This document shows positions 19,140 through 28,800 of a DNA stretch of 64,000 bases, in pieces. Position numbers and translations under genes: made by a program. The notes beneath the pieces were generated by a model. That model did not search any database, was not told the origin of the DNA, and saw only the letters and a program-made list of their open reading frames with translations. Origin of the DNA: a virus; the IMG/VR virus record IMGVR_UViG_3300044844_000506, positions 32,001 to 96,000 of that record, one strand, 5' to 3'. The number at the start of each line of letters is the position of its first letter. The stretch's first letter is position 1.

Positions 19140-19766
19140 CTATTTATTAGGCATCAATGCCATTACATTCTCGTTGAGGAATGGATTAGAACGATCTAAT
19201 CCGAATTGTTCATCCTTAATTTGTTCCTCTGCAAGAATTAAGGCTTTTTCACTGGACTTAAACGGTCTTCGTGTATCGAGAAGTTCCTCAACTTGCTCAG
19301 TTAAAGGAACTAATTGTTCTTCTAAAGTTGAGGCAGTCTTCTTGTACTTACCTGCTAACTTTCTGTACTTTTCTAATTCTGGAACTAAATTATTTAATTG
19401 TTCAATTAAAATCTGATTTTCTTCAATGAGAGAATCTATCTGCTCATTTACTTCAGCTTCAGCTTCTAACTCTTGGTCATCTAATTCAATAGAATCTTCT
19501 AATCCTAATAAAGACTTAAGTTTACGGAATTGAGCAGCATCTCTGTGGAGATCACTTTCGTCCTCTAATTCCTTCTCAGCTTGTTCTTTTAATAGGTCTA
19601 TGTTGCCTCTAATAAAAGCTACTGTTTTAGCTTCTAATAGTTTTACTCTTTGTGTTACTTCCTCATTAATAAAACCTGAAATGAGGGTAGCTATTTCGTC
19701 TAAGCTATCCTCACTTAAATTATCGGGAAGAAGATCACTTAATTTATCTAATTTATTTGCGTTCAT
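19140..19766 (-). CDS. gp22: Prohead core scaffold (T4 gp22-like)
   Basis: Acidic coiled coil immediately upstream of the capsid gene. Confidence 0.75.
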   Translation of the reverse strand: MNANKLDKLSDLLPDNLSEDSLDEIATLISGFINEEVTQRVKLLEAKTVAFIRGNIDLLKEQAEKELEDESDLHRDAAQFRKLKSLLGLEDSIELDDQELEAEAEVNEQIDSLIEENQILIEQLNNLVPELEKYRKLAGKYKKTASTLEEQLVPLTEQVEELLDTRRPFKSSEKALILAEEQIKDEQFGLDRSNPFLNENVMALMPNK

Positions 19767-19773
19767 AGTTTAC

Positions 19774-19786
19774 CTATCTGTATTTA
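19774..19786 (-). promoter_or_regulatory. Putative late promoter TAAATA-N4-TAG
   Basis: Same motif upstream of several structural genes. Confidence 0.45.
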
Positions 19787-19826
19787 TTCTAGCTAACTTT
19801 ATTTAAAGATTTTTTTTATTTTTTGT

Positions 19827-20849
19827 TTAAGAGTCTTCAAATTCACTAAGATGACCTCTTAACTGTTGTAAACTTCGATGTAACGATTGCCTAACTGTAT
19901 CAGGATTACTATTTAAAACTTTTGCTATTTGTATTGTATCATACCCTTTTAAATAATATAATTTAACTATGTTTTGTTGTGTTGGATTTAGTCTTGAGAT
20001 AGCTTTACCCAATTTAGCTCTAACTTCTGATCCAGCTATTCCAGAAGATGGATCTTCATATTCTTTAGGTCCAGAAATAGTAGATCCAAATTCTTTTTCA
20101 GTACCTGCTATAGGAGCATTTAATGAGCCTCCCTCTTTAGATCTAGCTCTTTTTTCTTGTGTATGATATCGTAAAGCATCTCCTACTCTAGCGTTTATAA
20201 TTTTAGATAAAAATCTAGGAAAAGATTCAACATTAAAATCTAGTTTTTCTAAATTTTGAAACCCTTCTTCAAATGCTTGTTGAACTATATCTTCAGCAGA
20301 TACCTTTGATTGAAGACTACCTAACCTACTTCTAGCAAATGCAATTAACTTTTTACTATGTTTATTAAATAGTTTATTAGTTGAATCTTCATCGCCTAAG
20401 CTGTGAGCCTGAAGTAATTCATGATCTTCTTTGTCATGAGGAACATTTCTTTGTGCCGCTTTAGCAGCTTCTTTATCAGCTATTGCTTTTTTAACTACCT
20501 TTTCTGGAATGTCTTCAGATGGTGTTTCTGATTTAGGTTTTACTTTTTTAGGTGGAAGTTCTAATGGTACTTTCCAGTAGTCATCACTTTTATCTTTTTG
20601 ATCTTCTGATTTCGGCTCTTTTTGTTCTGGCTTCTTAATTACTGGGGTAGCTGTAGGTTTTTCAACTTTAGGAGTAACTTTAGGTTCTTTAGTCTTTGGA
20701 GTAGGTTTTTTAGAAACAATCTTAGGTTTTTCTTTTTTAGGTAGAGGTTCTATTGGTTCTTCAATATCTTCTCCCTCATCTTCTTCAAGAAGAAACTCTT
20801 GAATTAAATGAATTGAATTTTCGTCTAAGATATTTTTAAAACTAATCAT
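19827..20849 (-). CDS. ECF sigma-70 factor with N-terminal leader and P/K/E-rich linker
   Basis: Sigma2 (AEDIVQ..F, F..FL..I..RVGDALR) and sigma4 HTH (RL..QQNIV.L.Y..G...QIA..L....TVR..LHR) in the C-terminal ~200 aa. Confidence 0.9.
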   Translation of the reverse strand: MISFKNILDENSIHLIQEFLLEEDEGEDIEEPIEPLPKKEKPKIVSKKPTPKTKEPKVTPKVEKPTATPVIKKPEQKEPKSEDQKDKSDDYWKVPLELPPKKVKPKSETPSEDIPEKVVKKAIADKEAAKAAQRNVPHDKEDHELLQAHSLGDEDSTNKLFNKHSKKLIAFARSRLGSLQSKVSAEDIVQQAFEEGFQNLEKLDFNVESFPRFLSKIINARVGDALRYHTQEKRARSKEGGSLNAPIAGTEKEFGSTISGPKEYEDPSSGIAGSEVRAKLGKAISRLNPTQQNIVKLYYLKGYDTIQIAKVLNSNPDTVRQSLHRSLQQLRGHLSEFEDS

Positions 20850-20850
20850 A

Positions 20851-22017
20851 CTAACAATTCCACTTTCTTAAAGCCTTGTTAATTCTGCTGTTAGGATCAT
20901 TGGCTGTTTTTGATGAGGTACGACTTCTTTTCATTCCACCCATACGAGCGCAGAATGATTTACGTCTCTTAGCAGATTTGCTGCCCTTTTTTAATTTAGA
21001 TGGATCTGTAGTTACAGCAGTCTTTAATTTAGAACCAGGATTAGCTCTGCGGTATGCTTCAACTCCTTTTTGAGTTAAACCACCAGCTCTGCTTTTATGT
21101 ACACCCATTTTCATTTTGGGCATTACACCTTTACCTTCTACTAAAATGTTTTTTATGAGTTTGGTATAGGCTTCTACTAAATCTGCTTTAGATTTAACAT
21201 CCATTACACATCTTTCAAATTTTTTAGGATCTCTTCCTTTACCAAGAGAAGCATTACACACTGCCCAAGGGTTTACTTTAGATGTGCGTTTAGCTTCATT
21301 AACAGGTTTACTAGGAACACAATTAGGTACTTTTCTCTTACCCTTCATCTTCATACCTACTTGCTGATATCCTTTCCAGCAAGGATCTTTCTTTTCAAAG
21401 ATTTTAGAGATTCTATCATCCTTAACTGTATTTAATCTGGATTCAAGTAAGTTTAGTAATACCTTATTATTTAATGCAGCCTTTTTTGTTTTTTCTAGTA
21501 ACACAGACTCATTTACTTGAGATGGATGAGCACCTCTTGTTGAAGGATCCGCAACTAAATCAAATGTTACCGCACGGAAATCTTCATTAACTTCAAATTT
21601 GCCTGGAGAATCTTGACATGGCTTTAATGATCCAAGACCTCTACTGGAAACACCAATTCGTACTCCGTCCTTAATTAACTGTTGAGCTACTTTACCAGCA
21701 GGAGTATTTAATAGTTGAGATTCCCCTATTAAAACATCTCCTTGCCAGTATAGCTTAGTTACCATGTGTGATGCGTTAGTTAATTTAACTGTTGGACTAT
21801 CTGGGTGATCTAATTCACCTAAAAGTCTATTTTCAGTTACTAATGGCATTAATCTGGTAACTTCTCTTTCTAAAATTGGTTTTGGGTAGCGTCTGTTATT
21901 CTTATTGAATTCTCCAGCACGACCAAAGATACCTCTAATCTTAATAGTACCAGACTCTGTAGACTCTGATATTACTTGAACTGGATCTAATCTAAAGTAA
22001 TCAATAAGTAATTCCAT
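20851..22017 (-). CDS. gp21: Prohead protease (T4 gp21-like) with C-terminal basic peptide modules
   Basis: NKNNRRY, GELDHP, SHMV, TPAG, GVSSRGLGS, FDLVADPS. Confidence 0.95.
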   Translation of the reverse strand: MELLIDYFRLDPVQVISESTESGTIKIRGIFGRAGEFNKNNRRYPKPILEREVTRLMPLVTENRLLGELDHPDSPTVKLTNASHMVTKLYWQGDVLIGESQLLNTPAGKVAQQLIKDGVRIGVSSRGLGSLKPCQDSPGKFEVNEDFRAVTFDLVADPSTRGAHPSQVNESVLLEKTKKAALNNKVLLNLLESRLNTVKDDRISKIFEKKDPCWKGYQQVGMKMKGKRKVPNCVPSKPVNEAKRTSKVNPWAVCNASLGKGRDPKKFERCVMDVKSKADLVEAYTKLIKNILVEGKGVMPKMKMGVHKSRAGGLTQKGVEAYRRANPGSKLKTAVTTDPSKLKKGSKSAKRRKSFCARMGGMKRSRTSSKTANDPNSRINKALRKWNC

Positions 22018-22045
22018 TTTTTATCCTTTATATTTCTTATTAAAA

Positions 22046-22288
22046 TTATGCACCATAAAATGGTCTGCGTCTAATTGTAGCTCCAGTCGGACCTTTTTTT
22101 GGATTTCCTTCTATAAATTTCTGAAATGCAGAAGGCTTTGGAGATTGTGGTTTTTTAGGTTTATCTCCTTTTTTATGATGTGGTAATGATGCAAATTCTC
22201 CTTTACCAGATCTAGGATCGTCTGAAGGATAATTAGCTTCAGCTAAAAGTAAATCATAAATATAGTCAAAATAATTTATTTTATTCAT
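22046..22288 (-). CDS. Basic peptide with LLLAE| leader
   Basis: MNKINYFDYIYDLLLAE|AN..., K/P-rich. Confidence 0.65.
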   Translation of the reverse strand: MNKINYFDYIYDLLLAEANYPSDDPRSGKGEFASLPHHKKGDKPKKPQSPKPSAFQKFIEGNPKKGPTGATIRRRPFYGA

Positions 22289-22317
22289 AGGTTAACTTTC
22301 CCAAAGTAATTCTATAA

Positions 22318-23349
22318 TTATTCCTCCCAAGATTCTTCTTTATCTTTCTTGGCTCTCTCTCTTTCCATTTCTGATTGATAAGCCGCAGTAAGTTCAGCAG
22401 ATTTCCCACCTTTAGCCTTAGCAGCAGCCGCTATTTCTTTAGATCGTAAATCTTGTAAAGCACGCTTTTTACGATCTCTTTCTGCTTGTTTTATAGCAGC
22501 GACGCCAGTTTTCTTGGGTTTTACTTTAGAAGAAACTACTTTACCATGTTTGTCTATTTCAATTGGAGTCATTCCACCTGATGCACTTAGTTTATGACCT
22601 AACTGCTTTTCAGCAGACGATAGTCTCTTTCTTCTTGATTCCAATGCCTTCTTTCGTCTACTTAATCTTGTTTCAGCCTCTTTTTCCATTTTAGGAAACT
22701 CTGAGGGACTGGCTTCTCTATAAGCCTGTCTAGCTTTTTTAAGTTCTTGTGCTTTTGCAGCTAAATCACCTTTAGCTCTAGCTGTTCCAGCACCTTTTTC
22801 TCCAGGTTTTAATAACTTATCTTCTGTAGCTTCCTTATGTGCTTTTAATGCATCTCTTAATCTTTGTCTTGTTTTTTCAGATGCAGAAGAATATGCGTCT
22901 ATTCTAGCTTTTCTACCTGCTGCTACTGCCTCTCGTCTCTTACGTCTTAATGATCCCTTCTTAGCTTTAGGATCAGAAGCTAATTTTGTTTTAGCTTCTT
23001 CTGCCTTAGATTTTTTAGACTGGTATTCCTCTCGTTTTTTTCTAATTGCTCTTAATTTAGCTTGCTCTCTTGATAGTTTTCTTTCGTGACCAGATACTCT
23101 TCTAGTAGATAGTCTAAGACCTTTTTCTACTTCTGACTCATAGGTATCCTCTGTTTGTCTTGGTTTTTTATATGATTGTTCACTTTCTTTTTGAGATAGA
23201 GGTTTATCTTTTTTTAAAGCCTCTGCTGCTTTTATATTATGTTTACGTCTTTCTGATCTTACTCCAAACTGTTTTTCTTTAATTGCATCTATCTCTTTTT
23301 GACTAAGTTCTAAAAGTAAAGAAGCAATGCTATTATATGTATTGTTCAT
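22318..23349 (-). CDS. Highly basic helical protein with LLLE| leader (putative DNA-binding internal protein)
   Basis: MNNTYNSIASLLLE|; extremely K/R/A-rich. Confidence 0.7.
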   Translation of the reverse strand: MNNTYNSIASLLLELSQKEIDAIKEKQFGVRSERRKHNIKAAEALKKDKPLSQKESEQSYKKPRQTEDTYESEVEKGLRLSTRRVSGHERKLSREQAKLRAIRKKREEYQSKKSKAEEAKTKLASDPKAKKGSLRRKRREAVAAGRKARIDAYSSASEKTRQRLRDALKAHKEATEDKLLKPGEKGAGTARAKGDLAAKAQELKKARQAYREASPSEFPKMEKEAETRLSRRKKALESRRKRLSSAEKQLGHKLSASGGMTPIEIDKHGKVVSSKVKPKKTGVAAIKQAERDRKKRALQDLRSKEIAAAAKAKGGKSAELTAAYQSEMERERAKKDKEESWEE

Positions 23350-23351
23350 GT

Positions 23352-23741
23352 TTAATAACCTTTTCTAGTTATTTTTTTCTTTTTAGCTTTAACTTTAGGA
23401 GTTCCTCCCATATTAGTTCCGATACTCCCGCAAGTGGTCATTTCATCAATAAGGTTTTTAGCTTCTTGAATTAAATGCATTAACTTTTTAACGTATACTT
23501 CAGGATTAACTGTCTGATTGGATTCTCTTACGACAGGAGAAACTTTTTTAGTTGTCTTCTCACCAAATGAATGTTCTAATATAGTATTAGTATACGAATG
23601 AGGAACTGTTACCTTAGATATATCAGGAGCATTAGGTCTTATAATACCTTGGGGAGTCGAAACAAGTTTTCCTTGTTTCGACTCACTTTTAAGTATTGAT
23701 TCTGCTATATTAGCTATATCAAAATCTTTTTGCTTAGGCAT
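23352..23741 (-). CDS. Putative head-core protein
   Basis: ILE, VRE, IDE sites; basic C-terminus; head cluster. Confidence 0.65.
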   Translation of the reverse strand: MPKQKDFDIANIAESILKSESKQGKLVSTPQGIIRPNAPDISKVTVPHSYTNTILEHSFGEKTTKKVSPVVRESNQTVNPEVYVKKLMHLIQEAKNLIDEMTTCGSIGTNMGGTPKVKAKKKKITRKGY

Positions 23742-23746
23742 AAAAA

Positions 23747-24625
23747 TTATCTTCGTGTAACTGGAGAAGCTCCAGTCATTAGATTTTTAAGAGTTCCGTG
23801 TAATCCACCTAAGTTAACCTTTGCTAATGCTTTAGATCTTTGTGGATTACTATGTTGACCAAATTCACTTACACCTTTTTTAAATTTAGGAGAAATGGCT
23901 CCACCTATTTTAGCTGCAACACCAGCGAGTTTACTTCCGCCATGACGAGCAGCGCCGACTCTTCTACCAGCTTTTTCCATAGCACTAACTTCAACTAGTA
24001 AATGAGCAATTTGTACATATGTCTCGTTCATTGGTTCGCCTTCTATTTCATTGTGTGTAAATCTCATGCCAACTCTCTTATATCTTTCTTCGGTTGCTTT
24101 ACGTTTTTCTGGATCAATAAAAGTTTGTGCTTTTTGTCCTGGAGCCGTCTGCTTTTTAAAATAACCTAAAGCTGTATTTTGCTTCTTACCCTTACTTTTT
24201 GTGATTTGAGCCTGTGTTGGTTGTGAACTCAATGTACCTGCTCTACCATGCATTAATCTATTTGTTTGGCGAGCTTTTAATAGGTCAGCATATGCTTTAT
24301 TTCTGCCTTTCTCATCTTTACCTCTTACAGCTTTACCATAAGCCTTAACAGCTTCACCGTGCTTCATTTTTGCACCTTTTTGTAACTGCGCTTGTTTCCA
24401 TTGGCCTCCCTTAGATCTTAAGGCAGAACCAATCTTCTTCATTCCCCCACCAACCATACCCTTTAATGCGGTTAAAAACTCTTGTAATAATTCCTCGTCT
24501 TCTAAGAGAATAGGAATGAGTTCTTGCTGGTGATCAAGAGGAACACCTTCTTCTGTGAGAAGAGCACTTAAATTTCTTTTCTCTTCTTCTAATAGAAGAG
24601 ATTCTTTAATTATGGAATAATACAT
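23747..24625 (-). CDS. Basic protein with two leader motifs (putative internal head polyprotein)
   Basis: MYYSIIKESLLLE| and internal MNETYVQIAHLLVE|. Confidence 0.7.
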   Translation of the reverse strand: MYYSIIKESLLLEEEKRNLSALLTEEGVPLDHQQELIPILLEDEELLQEFLTALKGMVGGGMKKIGSALRSKGGQWKQAQLQKGAKMKHGEAVKAYGKAVRGKDEKGRNKAYADLLKARQTNRLMHGRAGTLSSQPTQAQITKSKGKKQNTALGYFKKQTAPGQKAQTFIDPEKRKATEERYKRVGMRFTHNEIEGEPMNETYVQIAHLLVEVSAMEKAGRRVGAARHGGSKLAGVAAKIGGAISPKFKKGVSEFGQHSNPQRSKALAKVNLGGLHGTLKNLMTGASPVTRR

Positions 24626-24631
24626 GGGGTA

Positions 24632-24985
24632 TTACTCCTCGTCTTCGTCTTCAGATTCTTCGTCGTACTCTTCTTCGTCGTACTCTTCACCATCGTCTTC
24701 TGATTCTTCTTCTGATTCTTCATCTGAATCGTCTTCTTCAGACTCTTCTAATGATTCATTTAGAGTATCTTCAACAGCAGTGAATACTTCTAACATAGCT
24801 GCGCTGTGCTCTAATAAAGCCTCTTCGCTGATTGGTTCAGCGAGATTTGATTGGCATAGAGGACAAACATGAGCTTCTGTTACGGGAGCCTGATCTGAGC
24901 ATTCAGTTAATGCGTCTTTTTCAGTGGGTAGCCAGCTTGCACCCTCAGTAATAGCCTTTACATAATTTTTAGAAACGTGTGACAT
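24632..24985 (-). CDS. Acidic prohead core-like protein with CxxC
   Basis: AITE site, HVCPLC, poly-D/E tail; AGGAG SD. Confidence 0.7.
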   Translation of the reverse strand: MSHVSKNYVKAITEGASWLPTEKDALTECSDQAPVTEAHVCPLCQSNLAEPISEEALLEHSAAMLEVFTAVEDTLNESLEESEEDDSDEESEEESEDDGEEYDEEEYDEESEDEDEE

Positions 24986-25006
24986 AAATTCTCCTTAAGA
25001 GTAATC

Positions 25007-25020
25007 CTATCATTATTTAG
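25007..25020 (-). promoter_or_regulatory. Putative late promoter CTAAATA-N4-TAG
   Basis: Upstream of the head operon. Confidence 0.5.
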
Positions 25021-25066
25021 AATCCAATAAGATAAAATGAAAGAATATTTTATTTTTTGAATTATT

Positions 25067-25864
25067 TTAAGTACAGTCAAATGATCGTATAGTACCACCT
25101 TGGTTGCCAAAATAAATAGGTCTTGATGCTGTACTTAAATAAAATGTTACTATTGTAGGACGTTCAAAGTATTCAGAAACGTAATTATTAACTGTAATAA
25201 CATGAACACTACTTAAATAAAAGTTAGTTACATCCCCAGTTAAAGTTATAACTCCAGTATTTAAATCTATTTTATATGGATAGGGGAAAGGGGGATCAAC
25301 ACTCATTATTTTAGGTATAGTTTCATCTTTAATGTCTTTTCCAGTATCTTCCTCTTTAATTGGAGTATAGTATTCTGGAACTACTGCTAATCTTCCAACA
25401 GAAGATAGCCATGATTCGACATAAATTTTATTACAAGTTTGATATGTAATTAAATCAAGACTGTTAAGTTTATAATCTAAAACAGGAAGTCCAACGGTAT
25501 AACCGATAGTGTTTTCAGGATCTTGTATATCTGTATATGCGTTAGCAGATTGACTCTGAGATACGGATACACCTTCATCTATCAATACATCTGTAGATCC
25601 ATTATCACCTACATCTCCACATGAGATTTTATCTCCGTCTCTATGAATCCCTTTTCCATTAGCAAAAACTGTAGTAGATCCACCTAACACTGGACCCATT
25701 TGATGACAAGCTGGACCACAACAATGAGTTTGACCATAATTATCATCTATTCTAACAACAGGCTTATCATTAACAAAAACGTCTGGGGAACCATTTACTG
25801 AGAATGTTGGAGAGTAGCAGTGTCCCTGAGACACATCAGTTAAAGCTCTTATTGGTCTTGGCAT
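25067..25864 (-). CDS. PAAR spike-tip protein (T4 gp5.4-like) with C-terminal extension
   Basis: GH, GSPDVFVNDKPVVR, GSTTVFANGKGIHRDGD..CGD..GSTDV. Confidence 0.88.
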   Translation of the reverse strand: MPRPIRALTDVSQGHCYSPTFSVNGSPDVFVNDKPVVRIDDNYGQTHCCGPACHQMGPVLGGSTTVFANGKGIHRDGDKISCGDVGDNGSTDVLIDEGVSVSQSQSANAYTDIQDPENTIGYTVGLPVLDYKLNSLDLITYQTCNKIYVESWLSSVGRLAVVPEYYTPIKEEDTGKDIKDETIPKIMSVDPPFPYPYKIDLNTGVITLTGDVTNFYLSSVHVITVNNYVSEYFERPTIVTFYLSTASRPIYFGNQGGTIRSFDCT

Positions 25865-28800
25865 TATAGTAAGGATTCTTCTTCAGGTGGTACAGGAGGT
25901 CTTACAGGAACTTCTATAGCGTATGATAACTGGATATCTTGAAGCCCCTTACTAGATACAATTCTAGTCGGGTTTCTTCTGGATGAAGCGTCTTTATTTT
26001 TAGGGGATTTAACATGATAAATTTTGGTGTTAGTTTTTTCACCATTTTTAAGTTTATTAATAACTTTAACATCCGCTCTTTTATTTAAAGTATACATATG
26101 CTTTCTGTCTAATCTAGCTAATAAGTCATACCATGTAATCCCATTATCAATTTCATAATTCTCTTTAATTTCTTCAACTTTAATAACTGCGGCTCGGACT
26201 GGATCCAACTCTCTTTCTGGTATTTCTTCTGGATTCTTATATGTTTTAGTATAGTTTGTCGTATCTCCGTACCTGCAAATATAAGATTGAGTGCTATAAT
26301 CTCCTGACTTACTTTCACCTTCAGAATGTATGTAAGAGTTAAGAACCTCAAATGGGTGCTGTAACAGTCCGATATCGTTTAGCTTTTTATCTGGAGACAT
26401 CTCCCATCTTAGTTCTCTAACATTCCAATCTTTTAACAATGAGTTAGCATTATAGAAGTTGTAGAAAGTTCTATTCGTTGGAGTTATTACTATAAATCTA
26501 GGAATTTTTCTTACTAAGAAAGGATCAGTCTCATCATCTTTAAATCCAAACCCATCATAAGTTACATCTCTAAATGTAAATTTAAATGTCGTTCCACTAA
26601 CAGAAGAATTACTGTAATCAAAATAGTCCCATATAGGATCATCGTGGTTAATAGTTAACACTAACCAAGGGTATGCTCTATAAATGATATCATCATTTAA
26701 ATCTTGAATATCTTGCTGGCTACTAGTTACGATATTATAATACGCATCTGTTTCTTTTATAAATGGGGAAAGCTCTGAATTATCATCAATTATTGTAGAC
26801 GTATTTAATTGTAATATATAGTGGCTTAGTGGTGGATTAACACTGCTAGTTATTTCTACGTTTACATCTGGGCATGAAGCGGTTAAAAGAACCTGTTTAT
26901 CAAACCCCAAATGATACATAATTAAATGTTCATCATCATTTCTTAATACGTTAGCATTAGCTATATTTGATTCAGTTGGTATATTTATTTCTTCAGACGA
27001 GGTAATGTAACACTGCAAAGTATCGTTGATAGTTAATTCTAATAGTACCTTGTTTCCAGATGAATCTAAAGCCTCAATAGAATCAGTGTTTTGAACATAA
27101 AAGTTTTCTTCCCCACTAGATGTAATAAAAACACATCTCTTGTTTATATCGGTAGGTAATGTATACCATAGATCTAATAAGTTTTTTGAATCATCTGTGT
27201 ATTTATTTGGATCTATAGAAAGCATTTTTTTGGGTATTAAAGACTCTCCATAGTTTCTATTCCTACTAACTGTTGTATCTATATCTGCTGATCGTGTAGA
27301 GATAGTTCTATTTGTAGCTAATGAAGATTTACTAATTCCATATCTAGATTTTTCTACTGAAGTAATATTAGGTCTAACAGTATTTACTAAAGGGATTTCT
27401 TTAGTTAATTCTTGAATATAGTCTGAATCTAGTTTATCTACCGAATCAGTTTCTATTGATCTACGAATAATATTAGAGATTTTAGTAGCATCTACAGGGA
27501 CGCCATTAGTATATTTTAAATTATAGAGTCTTCTAAATGAACTATTTAAGCTATTTTTTATGTGGTCATCAGATATGTTAGTAGCATCTATTACTGCTTC
27601 TTCAAATGTTCCTGATTCTTTATTGATAATACGATTTATACTATAGTGGCGGATCTTACCAAATATGTTTGAGTTTTTTTCACCGTAAGTGGGTAAAAAC
27701 TGAGATGGACTTAAAGAATATTTAGTATATTTTAGATCGTACTCACTTTCTGCGGTGTAACTTGATCTTGTAATTTGATCATAGTATTTTTTACCATCGC
27801 TAGTATTCAAGTTCCCAACAGGAGAATTTTCATCATAGTAAAGATTAGATATTATATTAGTGTCTATGTTTTCAGTATTAGAAATTGCTGTGAGGGTAAT
27901 GGTATAAACAGTATTAACTAATAAATTATTAAACACACAAGTATGAACATCATCAGGAACACTTAAATTAATTGTTTGAGAATTATTATTTTGATCTGTT
28001 AAAATAACTTGAGCAGTGGTATTTAATGGATTTTGTGTTGTTTGTTCTACAGTTTCAAAACCTACGTTTAATGATAGAGAGTTATTTGAAAAACTAAATA
28101 ATGCTTCTTCATTTAAAATTACAGGTATTTCTTCTTGTGGTTGTCCGTAATTAGGACATTGTACATCTACAGATAATTGATCAGATTGACCACCAAGTCC
28201 AAAAGACTGTATATTAACTCTATAATTTCTTAGAGGTATTAAACTAGGGTAATTTATACTTTGAGAAAAAGGAGAAACTGTTCCTATTAAATCAAAAGCA
28301 TCTATAGTTTGATTATTAAATAAATCAGTTATGATAACCGTAGAATCTGCTTGAATGTGCTGGTTAGTTGCTAAGTTAATTACTTCCCAATAAATGTTTA
28401 ATACAGGAGAATTATTTTGAATAATAATTTGTATGTCAGAATTAACAATCTCTAAATCATCTACTGGAGGTGTAGAATTAGTTGTGATTGTTCTTGTAAT
28501 TGTTGCAGGATTATACTGTACATATTGATTCCAATTTAAGTTTTTAGTAACAGTGATAGAGTAAGTATATTGTTCTCCAGGAGTTAAGCCATTAAAGTTT
28601 ATAACGTGAGTTTTAGATAAATTATTATTGGTAACTTGAGCTAATATAACAGATGGGTTAGATGTTAAAAATATAAAAGCTGTAAGTCGAACTGTAAAAT
28701 TTGATTGAGTAATACAAGTTAAACTATTTTCTGATACTTGTTCTTGTGTTACAACTACAGTCAAATCTTCTTCATACGGTGGTAAATCAGGAGGAATAGG

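Noticed and set aside
24624-24872. Ser-rich plus-strand ORF
   Set aside because: Antisense shadow of the poly-Glu/Asp tail of 24632-24985
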